Source of the DNA: an uncultured Phycisphaerales bacterium
GTDB lineage: Bacteria; Planctomycetota; Phycisphaerae; Tepidisphaerales; Tepidisphaeraceae
Assembly (NCBI GenBank): GCA_963844715.1
Contig: CAWJPJ010000008.1
Location: 352,001 to 416,000 of the forward strand
Direction of reading: 5' to 3'
Length of the DNA stretch: 64,000 nt
Below are positions 53,198 through 63,639 of this stretch, one piece after another. The stretch's first letter is position 1, and the number at the start of each line of letters is the position of its first letter. The position numbers and the translations under genes were made by a program. Below the pieces are notes generated by a model that did not search any database, had not been told where the DNA came from, and saw nothing but the letters and a program-made list of their open reading frames with translations.

Positions 53198-54653
53198 ATG
53201 CAGAAGGGGTCCGCTCGCTCGCGAGGAGTCTCCCGCCGACGCTTCCTGGGCGGCTGCCTCGCCGCGGGCGCGGGGACCGTTTTGTGGTCGAATAATCCAA
53301 CGCGCGGCGCTCTGGCGCGGCGTCGGCCGAACATTCTCATGCTCGTCGCCGACGATCAGCGCCGCCGAGTGCATGGGATGCGCCGGCAATCTGATCGTCC
53401 AGACGCCGAATGTCGATTCGATCGCCGCGCGAGGCGTGCGATTTACCCAATCGTTCGCGACGACCGCGATCTGTCCCACCAGCCGCGCAACGCTCCTGAC
53501 GGGCTTGCACGCCGCATCCCACAAGATCGGGGACTTTTTCACTCCCATTGCCCCGGACCTCTTTCGCAATACCCACGCCCAAGTCCTCCGCCGCGGGGGC
53601 TATCGCGTCGGTTTCGTCGGCAAATGGGGCCTCGGCGGCGATCTCCCTAAATCGTCATACGATTATTTCGAAGGCTTCTCGGGACAAGGGCGCTACTGGG
53701 AGCCCGGTGAATCGAAACATCTCACGGTCCGCCAGGCGGATCATGCCGTGAATTTTTTGAACACGGGGAGCCGGCGCGAGCCATTTTTCCTTCAGGTAAG
53801 CTTCAAAGCCCCTCACGTGCAGGATGAGGGGCGCGATCAGCCGGGGATTTATGGCAAATATCCATACGACCCCGCCCTGAAGGACATGTACGTCAAAAAT
53901 GTCGTCCCGCCGCCCAAATCAAGCGATCTGGATGCCCAACCCCCATTTTTCCAGGGGACCCTCAGTTGCACACGCGAAGCGCCCGATTTTCATCCTGCAA
54001 CGTATCAGGAAGCGGTAAAGGATCTCTACCGCCTGGTCTCCGGGCTGGATATTGCGGTCGGTAGAATCCTCCAAGCCCTCCGCGCGAACGGCGTCGAGGA
54101 CAACACCGTCATTATCTATACCGCCGATCATGGCTCGATCTACGGCGAGCATGGCCTGGGGGGCAAGTGGCTCATGTACGAGGAATCGATCCGCCGTCCG
54201 ACCATCATTATGGACCCGCGCATCGACTCCAAACGCCGAGGCGCGACGTCCGACGCGATGGTCCTCAACATCGATATTCTGCCCACGATTGTCGACCTGG
54301 CGGGCGAAGCCGTGCCGTCCGGCGTTCAAGGAAAGAGCCTGACGCCTCTGGTCCTGGGCCAAACCCCGCCTTGGCGAAGCGAATGGTACTACCGATTCCA
54401 CAATGAACCGACCGCCCGGATCGTACCGTCCGAGGGTATCCGCACCGGCCAATGGAAATACATCCGCTACATCAAGACCAACCCCGTCTACGAGCAGCTC
54501 TTCGATCTTCAGGCCGACCCTCTGGAGACCCGGAATCTGGCCGGGGCCCAGCAAACCAGGGCAACCCTCGACTTGTTACGCGGACGTTGGGACCTCTGGC
54601 AACGAACGCTGGCCCGCTTTAATCTGTCCGATCGGTGGGTTGACCCCGCCTGA
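53198..54653 (+). CDS. Tat-exported sulfatase, frameshift near 53368
   Basis: SRRRFL Tat motif, PNILMLVADDQ, CPTSR..LLTG, GKW and DHG. Confidence 0.85.
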
Positions 54654-54656
54654 TCG

Positions 54657-55577
54657 ATGGACAGAAAAGCCCAAATCACCCGCTTCCTCACCCCCGAGCA
54701 AAAAGGGATCGAGATCGGTCCCTATTTTCGCCCCCTCATGCCCAAAAAGGCCGGCAATCACTGCCTGGTTCTGGACGTCTTCGATGGGAAAACCCTGCGC
54801 GAAAAAGCGGCCGCCGATCCCAACATTTCTCGGGAACTCATTCCCGACATCGAGGATGTGGACCTCGTCGGCAGCTCAACGGAAATCGCGGACCTGGCGT
54901 CGAAGGAGCCCCCGGAAAGTTTCGATTACGTCATCTCCTCGCATAATCTGGAGCATCTGCCTGATCCGATCCGGTTTCTTCAGGGGTGCCAACTGATATT
55001 GAAGCCGGGCGGGGTGGTATCGATGGCCATTCCCGATCGGCGGGTCTGCTTCGATTTCTTCCGCCCGTTCTCGACGACGGCTGATTGGCTCGACGCCTAT
55101 TTCAAATCTCAAAAGCGCCCGACGCCCGCGCAGGTCTTCCTTCAAAACGCTTTGCACAGCCGGTACCTTCGCGGCGATGGGCTTCTGCTCGGCTTCTCAA
55201 TCGACGAAGACCCGGCCTCCGTCATCCCCCTGCAAACGCTCCAGGAGGCCTTCAATCGCTGGACGGATATTAATGCCCATCCCGACGAAACCTATCACGA
55301 CGTGCATTGCTGGGCCTTTACCCCGGCGTCCCTTGAATTGATCCTGCGCGATCTGAAATTCCTCGGCGTGCTTTATCTGGATATCCAGCAGATCGCCGGC
55401 CCATACGAGAACGAATTTTTCGTCCGCCTGCAAAAACCGCAAAATACCGCGGCTCCCGCCGAGAGCCGCGAGGATTTCTACCAGCGGCGGCGCAAGCTGC
55501 TGCACAAAATCGTGGACGAGGCGGCGGAGAATTCGAATCGGGTCTACCAACTGCGGCGTCAGCCGCCGGGACGTTGA
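54657..55577 (+). CDS. Methyltransferase-domain protein
   Basis: IEIGP, FDYVISSHNLEH and LKPGG. Confidence 0.8.
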   Translation: MDRKAQITRFLTPEQKGIEIGPYFRPLMPKKAGNHCLVLDVFDGKTLREKAAADPNISRELIPDIEDVDLVGSSTEIADLASKEPPESFDYVISSHNLEHLPDPIRFLQGCQLILKPGGVVSMAIPDRRVCFDFFRPFSTTADWLDAYFKSQKRPTPAQVFLQNALHSRYLRGDGLLLGFSIDEDPASVIPLQTLQEAFNRWTDINAHPDETYHDVHCWAFTPASLELILRDLKFLGVLYLDIQQIAGPYENEFFVRLQKPQNTAAPAESREDFYQRRRKLLHKIVDEAAENSNRVYQLRRQPPGR

Positions 55578-57434
55578 ATGGCGCTCTCGCAATCCATACC
55601 ATCTCCGCTCCTCATGGAAGAAACCGATACGGAATCCCGTCCGCCGCGATGGAAGACGCTCTGCGGGTTCTGGCCTGCTCTGGCGCTTTTGCCGGCTTTA
55701 ATCCCTCTGATCGGAATCGCCCTTTACGGCGTGAACATCCCGTTCGGCGACGAATGGGACATCGCCGGTCCGCTTTTTTTTAAACTGCACGCCGGAACGC
55801 TGACCCTTGCCGACATTGTCGCCCAGCACAACGAGCATCGCATCGCCATCACGCGCCTGATCATACTGGGAGTCGGGAAACTCACTCATTACAACGTCAA
55901 GGACGAGATGTTTACGACCTGGGGAGTCGCCGTGGCGATTTCCGTGCTCGTCTATCGCCTTGGCAAGCGCACGCTCCCGCCCGCCGCGGACGGGTTGCGC
56001 CTCTGGGGCTATGCCGCCTGGTTCGTCGCGAATTTGATGATCTTCCATCTCATCCAGTATGAAAATTGGCTCTGGGGCATGGAAGTCCACTTCTTTTTGC
56101 CCACGCTGTGCATTCTGTCCGCGGCGCTGGCCTTGATGACGGGCCTGCCTCGCTGGGCCAGCATGCCGATTGCGATTCTGATGTCCGTGATCAGCACCTA
56201 TTCCGCCGCCAACGGAATGATCATCTGGGTAGTCCTGATTCCCCTGACGCGTTACGCCGGCAAACCCACGTCCCTGATCGTGAAGGACATCTGGACCGCC
56301 TGCTGGGTGGTCTGCGCCGCCCTGACGATCTGGTCTTATTTCCGGGGTTACGTCAAACCGCCGCAGCATCCTTCCCTGCTCGAAGCGCTGCGCCACCCGG
56401 GGCAATTTTTGCTTTATTTCTTCGTGTATATGGGCTCGCCCCTGGGGCTGGGGACGGACGTAGCGCCCATCTTGCAGTCCATCGCCGTCGGTGTTTTCGT
56501 CACGATTCTGTTCATGGCCGTGCTCTTCTACGCATGGGCTCGCCGAAAAGACGGCGAACTCATCAAGCGGGCCCTCCCCTGGCTGACGCTGGGCATGTAT
56601 GTCGCCGCAACCACCTTCGTCACCGACCTGGCGCGCCTCGGTTTCGGATACAGCGAAGCCATCGCTCCGCGATACACCACCATCTCGGCCATGATGTATG
56701 TGGCGCTCATTTACCTGATTCCGATCTTCTGCCGCGACGCCCGCGAATTTTATTCCGAAGGCTTCCGCCGCGCCTGGGCCCTGGCGGCGCGCCCGCTGCC
56801 CGCCGTTCTGGCGGGCGGCATGATCGCTCTTTACATCCCATGCAGCGCCTACGCCGTGGTGCAGTGCCAGCAATTCAAAATCCGCCGCACCAACGGACAG
56901 GCCGCCCTCATGTTCATCGACCAGTTCCAGGATGAGGCGCTCGCAAACCGCACCGCCGGCAACGCCAGGCAATTCCCCATCGTCCAACACTGGGCGGATT
57001 TCTTTAACACGCTCGGATACATCTACCCGCCATTGGCTAAGAGCGCCGACATCGTTCCCCTCGAAGCGGCGCATCAGCACGGCAGCAATATTTGCGGACA
57101 GATCGAGATCGTTCGCCCCGCCGATATCCCCGGCAATTGGGGCATCCAGGGGTGGGCCTTCTTCCCCGATCGTAAGGAGCCGGCGACCGCCGTCCTCCTG
57201 ACTTATCAGCAGGGAACCGGCGATCCCACCGTCTTCGGCGTCGGCGACGCGGGTCAGCCTCGCCCCGATCTCGTCGCTGAGAAAGGCGACCCGAATTACG
57301 CCACCGCCGGCTTTGTCAAAACATTTCCCGTTACGTTGATTCCAAAGGGGGACCTGAAAATCGAGGCCTGGGCGCTGGATCTTTCGACCCTCCAGGCGTA
57401 CGCGCTATCCAACCCCATGACGATTCACAACTAA
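55578..57434 (+). CDS. Polytopic membrane protein, possible GT-C-type glycosyltransferase
   Basis: About 11 hydrophobic segments, PFGDEW and QHNEHR motifs, soluble C-terminal domain. Confidence 0.55.
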   Translation: MALSQSIPSPLLMEETDTESRPPRWKTLCGFWPALALLPALIPLIGIALYGVNIPFGDEWDIAGPLFFKLHAGTLTLADIVAQHNEHRIAITRLIILGVGKLTHYNVKDEMFTTWGVAVAISVLVYRLGKRTLPPAADGLRLWGYAAWFVANLMIFHLIQYENWLWGMEVHFFLPTLCILSAALALMTGLPRWASMPIAILMSVISTYSAANGMIIWVVLIPLTRYAGKPTSLIVKDIWTACWVVCAALTIWSYFRGYVKPPQHPSLLEALRHPGQFLLYFFVYMGSPLGLGTDVAPILQSIAVGVFVTILFMAVLFYAWARRKDGELIKRALPWLTLGMYVAATTFVTDLARLGFGYSEAIAPRYTTISAMMYVALIYLIPIFCRDAREFYSEGFRRAWALAARPLPAVLAGGMIALYIPCSAYAVVQCQQFKIRRTNGQAALMFIDQFQDEALANRTAGNARQFPIVQHWADFFNTLGYIYPPLAKSADIVPLEAAHQHGSNICGQIEIVRPADIPGNWGIQGWAFFPDRKEPATAVLLTYQQGTGDPTVFGVGDAGQPRPDLVAEKGDPNYATAGFVKTFPVTLIPKGDLKIEAWALDLSTLQAYALSNPMTIHN

Positions 57435-57484
57435 CGCTGTACACTTTTTCCCGGGTCCGTTCGCCAAGGTCTTCGGATTCCAAT

Positions 57485-58660
57485 ATGAACACGATTACTC
57501 GATGGATTTTGCTGGTGCCCAGTAGTGTCCTCTGGAGTTTGGGATGGACGTATTATCAGTTCCAGTATTATCTCGTCGAGAAGCCGCGGCGCAAGCCCCC
57601 GGTCGTTCATACCGGCCAGCCGACCCAGCCCACCGGCCTATGGTGCAATGTCGCGATCTATCAGCGCCGGCGCGTTTCGCCCAATCTGATGGCTTTCCTC
57701 GGCTGCCTCCGCGACGCGGGGTACAACGTCGTCGCCGTCCACAACGGACCCCTTGCCGATTCGCTCATCGCTGAACTCAAGACCGTCTGCCATTCCATCC
57801 TCGTGCGCAGCGCCGGCGGACGCGATTTCGGCTCCCACAAATACGGCACCGCCTATCTCACGTCCCTCGCCGAGCCGAACATCAAGCAGGTCATCTATTG
57901 CAACGACAGCATCTTCGTGCGCCCCTCCGTCCTCAAGGGCTTTCTCGAATCGCTTCGCGACATGCCCGACGATTACATCGGCACCTCCGAGACCTTCCAG
58001 TTCCACTATCACATTCACAGCTGGTTCTTCGCCGTCTCGGGAAAAGTCTTCAACTCTGCCCTCTTTCAGGATTTTTTCCGCCGCTATCGGCCGATCTCCT
58101 ATCGACGGCACGTGATCCATCGCGGCGAGATCCGCTTGACCCGCCGACTTGTGCGCTCGCAGATCTACCCCAAGATTCTCTTTCCCGCCGACGCGGTATT
58201 TGAAAAGGTCTTTGCGGCCGACGAAAAAAAGATCATCTCGCAGCTGGCGCTGCTGTCGAACATTTACACGTATGACATCGTCGCGCGGCTTCTTTCCGGT
58301 CAGGCGAAGTCGAAAGCCGCGGTGTTCGGCCGCGGTGCGAACGCCGTCAACGCCGGAGACCTGCCCGATTATCAGCTCCTCTTCATGCTCCGCCGCGCCC
58401 TGGCCGATGAATCGGCCCTGCAAAATGGAATGAACCTCATGAATCTCATGCTGCTGACCGGCAACGATTTTCCGTTCCTGAAAAAGGACCTGGTCTATCG
58501 TGATATGTTTCACTGCATTCAGATCGAGCGGGCCACGAGCCACTGGTGCGGCGAGGACGCCGCCCAGCTCGCCGAAATCCGCGGCTTCTTCCGCTCGCGC
58601 GAAGCGATGCGCTGGCAGAACGTCTTCCACCGAGTCCTGGCAACCGCAGGCGTGATTTAG
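57485..58660 (+). CDS. Rhamnan synthesis F (RgpF)-like protein
   Basis: GRDFG, NDS, HIHSWF, GEIRLT and FPFLKK. Confidence 0.75.
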   Translation: MNTITRWILLVPSSVLWSLGWTYYQFQYYLVEKPRRKPPVVHTGQPTQPTGLWCNVAIYQRRRVSPNLMAFLGCLRDAGYNVVAVHNGPLADSLIAELKTVCHSILVRSAGGRDFGSHKYGTAYLTSLAEPNIKQVIYCNDSIFVRPSVLKGFLESLRDMPDDYIGTSETFQFHYHIHSWFFAVSGKVFNSALFQDFFRRYRPISYRRHVIHRGEIRLTRRLVRSQIYPKILFPADAVFEKVFAADEKKIISQLALLSNIYTYDIVARLLSGQAKSKAAVFGRGANAVNAGDLPDYQLLFMLRRALADESALQNGMNLMNLMLLTGNDFPFLKKDLVYRDMFHCIQIERATSHWCGEDAAQLAEIRGFFRSREAMRWQNVFHRVLATAGVI

Positions 58661-58689
58661 AAACGATTAGGGACAGAGGGGGAAACCCG

Positions 58690-58950
58690 CTATCCCTGAG
58701 GCGTGGCGACCTGGGTAAGTATTGTCAGTCGATTGTCTTTCATCTGGGCAATCCCCCCGTCGATGCGGAACGTCTTTTTCTGCCCCGAAGCCAAGTCCAG
58801 CCGCAGCGGGCCTTTGCCGAGCTTGGCGAGCAGGGGGGCGCGATGGGTCAGGATGCCCAAAAGGCCGTCCTCGGCCGGGATGATCGCCTGGGTCAGCGAT
58901 TCGTCCATCACCTGCTGTTCGGGGGTCACCACCACGCATTGGAAAGCCAT
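58690..58950 (-). CDS. atpC: ATP synthase epsilon subunit, N-terminal domain only (86 aa)
   Basis: VVVTPE, GLLGILTHRAPL, IDGG and LTIL; RBS aggag. Confidence 0.85.
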   Translation of the reverse strand: MAFQCVVVTPEQQVMDESLTQAIIPAEDGLLGILTHRAPLLAKLGKGPLRLDLASGQKKTFRIDGGIAQMKDNRLTILTQVATPQG

Positions 58951-59129
58951 ACTTTGCTCCTGAGACACGCGAAGTCTAAGGGGGCGTCGTGGAGGCGTCA
59001 ATTTGCCTATTTCCCTCGTTGCCAAAGCCCGGGCTTGAGTTATGATTAAATGCGTTCTGCCGCTCCCACCGCGCTCTCTGCGCGGTGGTCGTCGTTTTGG
59101 GTTATCGTAAATTTTCAGGAGTCAGACCC

Positions 59130-59600
59130 ATGCAGTTCGTCAGCGCCGATGAGAAGGCCCGCTTTGAACGCCAGCGCGAGGAGCTATATAAAGCCCAGAT
59201 CGACGTGCAGGACCGAATCCGCAAAGCCGCCGCGCTCGGCGACCTCTCCGAAAACGCCGAGTACCACTTCGCCAAGGAAGAGAACCGCAGCATCCAGCGC
59301 CAACTGGCCGAACTTGAGGCCAAGCTTAAGAACGTCTCGGTCGTCTCCAATGAGGACGTCCCCCAGGACGTCGTCTTCATCGGCCACACCGTCAAGCTCC
59401 TCGATATGGATGACGAGAGCGAGCAATTGGTTCTGCTGGTAGGCGAGGCCCAGCCTCCCGACGCCGACAGCGATATTCTCCCCGTCAGCGCCAACAGCCC
59501 GATGGGCCAGGCCCTCATAAAAGCCCGAGTCGGCGAAACAATCAAAGTAAAAGCCCCGCGCGGGACGATGGAATTCAAGGTCCTGGAAATTGTGCAATGA
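59130..59600 (+). CDS. greA: Transcription elongation factor GreA
   Basis: GDLSENAEY and SPMGQALI. Confidence 0.92.
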   Translation: MQFVSADEKARFERQREELYKAQIDVQDRIRKAAALGDLSENAEYHFAKEENRSIQRQLAELEAKLKNVSVVSNEDVPQDVVFIGHTVKLLDMDDESEQLVLLVGEAQPPDADSDILPVSANSPMGQALIKARVGETIKVKAPRGTMEFKVLEIVQ

Positions 59601-59637
59601 CCGTCGCCGCCCTTTTCGCCCGCACGGCGTATTTTCC

Positions 59638-59710
59638 GCCGCGATAGCTCAATTGGCAGAGCACCGGTTTTGTAAACCGGCGGTTTCCAGTTCAACTCTG
59701 GATCGCGGCT
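59638..59710 (+). tRNA. tRNA-Thr(TGT)
   Basis: Cloverleaf: gccgcga/tcgcggc, gctc/gagc, ccggt-tttgtaa-accgg and tccag-ttcaact-ctgga; CCA not encoded. Confidence 0.95.
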
Positions 59711-59749
59711 GTTCGGCTCACATGATCCGACTCTGTATACCTCGCGCCG

Positions 59750-60714
59750 TTAGTTCGATCCCACCGTGGCTCGAATCGTTTGCGGCGGCCTGGGAAGATT
59801 CGTGCCACTGTGGTCCGATTCCTCCGCGGCGATCGGAATCTCTGGCGCCCACTGCTCCCATTCGTCCTTTGCTTCCTCATAGAGCGGGAATTGATCCCCG
59901 TTCCTGGCCGGGTCCCCCATATCTTTTTCCGGCGTGGCAAACGCCACGCCCCCCGATATCAGTGTGCGCAGCGATTCCACCTTCATCTGCACGCCTGTCA
60001 GCAGTCCTCCTTTGACATCCACGCCGCTGATCATCCAGAATTTTGAATTTGCCCGGACCAGGGCGCAAATTGCTGACGTATCAATATATGAAGGTCCACC
60101 GTGGTCGAATCCGGATCGAGTTGAATACTCTCGATGACCCCGACATCCACGCCGCGGAAATACACCGGCGATTCAGCCTGCATTCGGTCGACGCGCGGTG
60201 CCTTCAACACGACTCGCAGGCCGTCCTCCAGCGACACCGGCGCCTTATCCAATCCGGTAAACTGATTCTGAATTTCTCCCGTTCCGGCCTCTGTGTCGAT
60301 ATATGGCCCGCTGAGAACTGTCGCCAGTCCGGAGATTTCTTGCAGCGAGACCTCCGGCCTCACGATCCAAAACATCGCGCCTTGTTTTGCAAACGCCGCG
60401 GCGCACCGCTGCAATCGAACGTCCACCACGGCATGCTTTTGATCGGGGCTAAGATCGATCTCGGACACCTGCCCTATTTCCACGCCGAGATGCATGACTT
60501 TCGTCTGTCCCGGCGTCAGCCCGCTGACGTCCGCAAACGATATCGCGACGTCAGGCCCGCGCAGTTCCAGAAAGTCGTACGCGTAAAACGCCGCTATCGC
60601 CAGCGCCAGGACCGGCGCGGCCCACACCAGAAGCCGCGGCCATCGCAGTTTCTTGATCACCGGCCTGGCGAGATTCACAGGCCGGTCTTTGTGATCGCCG
60701 GCGGTGCGATTCAT
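59750..60714 (-). CDS. PqiB-like MCE/MlaD-domain protein, frameshift near 60050
   Basis: GLTPGQTKV..GVEIGQV, FWIVRP, SPVYFRGVDVG, then SGVD..LISGGVAFATP in a second frame. Confidence 0.82.
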
Positions 60715-61328
60715 AGCTCGTCCCTTTCCCAGATAAGCTGCGGATCAAAACTCGCCGAGGCGAATAGCGTAAAGACAACCACCGCGCCAAAGGCGAACAA
60801 TCCCTTGCCTGGAATGATCGTCGCCAGCCGTTGCAGTTTGACGAGTGAAACCAGCACCGCCAGCACGAACACGTCCAGCATCGCCCAGCGCCCGATCGAC
60901 TCGATCACCTGAAAAATCCACGTCCGCAAAAGCTTCCACCGCGAAAAGTGCAGGCGCGTCGTCGCGACCAGAAAGAACAGGCCCATCAGTTTCAGCAGGG
61001 GAATCAAAATGCTCGCCAGAAAAACCACCACCGCGATGACGTAATCCCCATCGATAAACAGGAGCCTGCAACCGTCCCAGATCGTATTATCCGAAGTCGC
61101 CCCGTACATATTCAGCCGAAGAATCGGGAAAATATTCGCCGGGACATACAGGATCAGCGCTGCCAGCGAAAACGCGGCCGTCATGTGCAAACTATCCGGC
61201 GATCTTTTAATGATCCTGGCCCCGCAACGTCGGCATTTCGCCTCGACTCCGTCTTCCAGCGGCTCCACGAGATGCACCTGCCCGCACGTCTTGCACGCGA
61301 TTACAACTGATTCAGTCTGTTCTTGCAT
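60711..61328 (-). CDS. pqiA: Paraquat-inducible protein A-like
   Basis: CxxC...CxxC, LYVPAN and IGRWAMLDVF. Confidence 0.88.
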   Translation of the reverse strand: MQEQTESVVIACKTCGQVHLVEPLEDGVEAKCRRCGARIIKRSPDSLHMTAAFSLAALILYVPANIFPILRLNMYGATSDNTIWDGCRLLFIDGDYVIAVVVFLASILIPLLKLMGLFFLVATTRLHFSRWKLLRTWIFQVIESIGRWAMLDVFVLAVLVSLVKLQRLATIIPGKGLFAFGAVVVFTLFASASFDPQLIWERDEL

Positions 61329-61514
61329 AACGCACGAGCCGGTGGCGCCGGCCGTCCAAACATCGTCTTGCAGCTCGTCGGCTCACTCATCCGAACTCAA
61401 CTCCTCGGCGCATCTTAGGTCCCTATGCAATCGTGTGGGAACCCGGATTTTCCTGATTCTCGATATCAGCGTTCGCCTGATAAGCTCCGAGGTGAGTTAT
61501 GAAAGGAGTTTCAC

Positions 61515-61750
61515 ATGCCCCGTGGAGATAAAAGTTCCTATTCCCCCAAGCAGCGCCGGCAGGCTCGCGACATTGAAGAGAGCGCCGAACGCCGCGGCTA
61601 TGGGAAAAAACGCGCCGAGCAAATTGCCTGGGCCACCGTGAATAAACGCACCGGCGGCGCCAAGGGAAAAGGCGCCGGACGCGCCTGCGGCAAAAGCCCG
61701 CGGCAGCCGATGATTGGCGGTGCCACGGAGTCGCTGCCGGCGGCTCCACG
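61515..61750 (+). CDS. Small basic protein (MPRGDKSSY..KQxRQA..IE..AWATVNK family); end uncertain
   Basis: RBS aaggag and a recognisable N-terminus; reads through into the downstream fragment in this sequence. Confidence 0.6.
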
Positions 61751-61754
61751 AAAT

Positions 61755-62258
61755 AGAAATCGGGATGTATTTTGTGGCCGGACATCCACGAAGGCGCAAA
61801 ACTACATTTCCCGGCGCTGGATCGCGATGCGAGTTTCTTGCACGACCCGTCCGCCGCCCTTCCCCACCTGGTGGACCGCGCGCCCGCTGCGCCTGCCCAT
61901 CCTGACCGCCTGGGCCGGCGGCCCCAAGGCCATCGCGCTGGCCGGGTTAGACAGACAATCCATCCGGCGCGCCGCCATCGATTCTCTATGTCGGTTATTC
62001 AATCAGCGCGGCGCAAAATTCGCGGCGCTTCTCGATCGGTTCCACTTTCACGACTGGGGCGCCGATGAATGGTCGCGCGGCGCTTACAGCTATGTAACCG
62101 TCGGCGGCTTGCGTCCCGCCGCTGCGCTGGCCAGGCCAATCGACGACACCCTCTTCTTCGCCGGCGAGGCAACCGACACGACCGGCCAAGCCAGCACGGT
62201 CGCCGGCGCCCTTTCCAGCGGCCAGCGCGCCGCCGGGCAGATCCTCGCCACGCTTTGA
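61755..62258 (+). pseudogene. C-terminal fragment of a flavin monoamine oxidase
   Basis: FPTWW, DW..DEWSRGAYSY and LFFAGEAT..TVAGALSSGQRAA; no N-terminal GxGxxG domain seen. Confidence 0.7.
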
Positions 62259-62277
62259 TACGACTCCCGCTCTTTTC

Positions 62278-62928
62278 TTATTTTGATTTCGTCTTGCACA
62301 GCGCCAGCCGCAAATCCTGCACAAATTCCGCCCGCGCAATGACTCGATCCTTGGCATCGGGAATCCGCAGCAGCAATGACGGATGCACCGTTGCCAGCAG
62401 GTTTTCGGCAAACTCGCTGTTCTGAAACTCGCCTCGATGTTGGGTCAATCGAAATGCGGAACCCAGAAGTGATTGCGCCGCCGTCGCTCCCAGGCAGACG
62501 ATCGTGGTTGGCTTGACTGCCGCGATCTCCGCCTCCAGCCAGGGCCGGCAAGCCGCCACTTCCCGCGCCGACGGTTTCGCATGCAGCCGCCTTTTCCCGC
62601 GCGGCTCCCACTTGAAATGTTTCACCGCGCCCGTGATGTAAATCTCGTCGCGTTTGATCCCCGCCTGTTCCAGGCATTCATCCAGCATATGCCCCGCCGG
62701 ACCGACGAACGGCCTTCCCCGGATATCTTCCTGGTCCCCCGGCTGTTCACCCACCAGCATCATCGCCGCATTTTCCGGTCCCTCTCCAAATACCGCTTGC
62801 GTCGCATGACAATACAATTCACACCCATGACACAGCTGCACCGCCGTGCGCAATTGCGGCAAAGATAAAATCTTCGGCAAAAAATCCGCCGCCGATCCTG
62901 TCCAATCGCATTTTAATTTTGTCACCAT
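62278..62928 (-). CDS. UdgX-like family 4 uracil-DNA binding protein
   Basis: CxxC, GEQPG, VKHFK..RGKRRLH loop and HPS. Confidence 0.88.
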   Translation of the reverse strand: MVTKLKCDWTGSAADFLPKILSLPQLRTAVQLCHGCELYCHATQAVFGEGPENAAMMLVGEQPGDQEDIRGRPFVGPAGHMLDECLEQAGIKRDEIYITGAVKHFKWEPRGKRRLHAKPSAREVAACRPWLEAEIAAVKPTTIVCLGATAAQSLLGSAFRLTQHRGEFQNSEFAENLLATVHPSLLLRIPDAKDRVIARAEFVQDLRLALCKTKSK

Positions 62929-63120
62929 TGCCGTCTCCAAGACCGAGATGATGAGCAAATTAAATTCCAATTGCAAAGTCTCTCTTATAAATAGCGACGC
63001 TCGCGGTACCGAATATCGCCCGCTTTTCGAGTCAAAATTAAAAAAAGGGGCGACGACGATCACGATCCTCGGATCGCTCTCGCCGTCGCCCCAGATAAAC
63101 CGGCATTTTCGCATCCCGGC

Positions 63121-63639
63121 TCAGGCGGGCATCGTCGCACCGGCCGAGGCATTGATTCCGCCCTCCGCCAATTGCGTCAAATGCTTGTTCGCCGAGCCTT
63201 CTTCATCCAGCGTCTGCTGCAACATCCTGGCGATTTCCGGATGACCCAGGCGCTGGGCGAACGAGCGAACCGCGCCATACCCCGCCATCTCGTAATGTTC
63301 CACGCGCTGCGCCGCGGCGATAAGGGCCGCGTCCTTCACCGACGGATTCCCCTTGGCGCCGATCATCTCGGATCCTTCGCGGATGAGGCCCTTCATGGCT
63401 TCGCAGGTTTCCCGCTTCGGCTCCTCGCCAATCTGCCCGAAGATCTCCTCCAACCGCCGCGCGTGTCCTTTCGTCTCGTTCAAATGAGAGAGGAAAGCGT
63501 TTTTAAGCTGGGGCGATGTCGCGGCGTCCGCCATCTTCGGCAGCGCGTCGATCAGACGGTTTTCCGCGTCGTACAAATCCTCGAGTTGGTTCAAGAACAA
63601 GTCATTCAGGTTGTTAAATGTGTTACCAAGCAAAGCCAT
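63121..63639 (-). CDS. DUF892/YciF ferritin-like protein
   Basis: LEDLYDAE, HLNET, CEAMKGLI and AAQRVEHYEMAGYG. Confidence 0.9.
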   Translation of the reverse strand: MALLGNTFNNLNDLFLNQLEDLYDAENRLIDALPKMADAATSPQLKNAFLSHLNETKGHARRLEEIFGQIGEEPKRETCEAMKGLIREGSEMIGAKGNPSVKDAALIAAAQRVEHYEMAGYGAVRSFAQRLGHPEIARMLQQTLDEEGSANKHLTQLAEGGINASAGATMPA

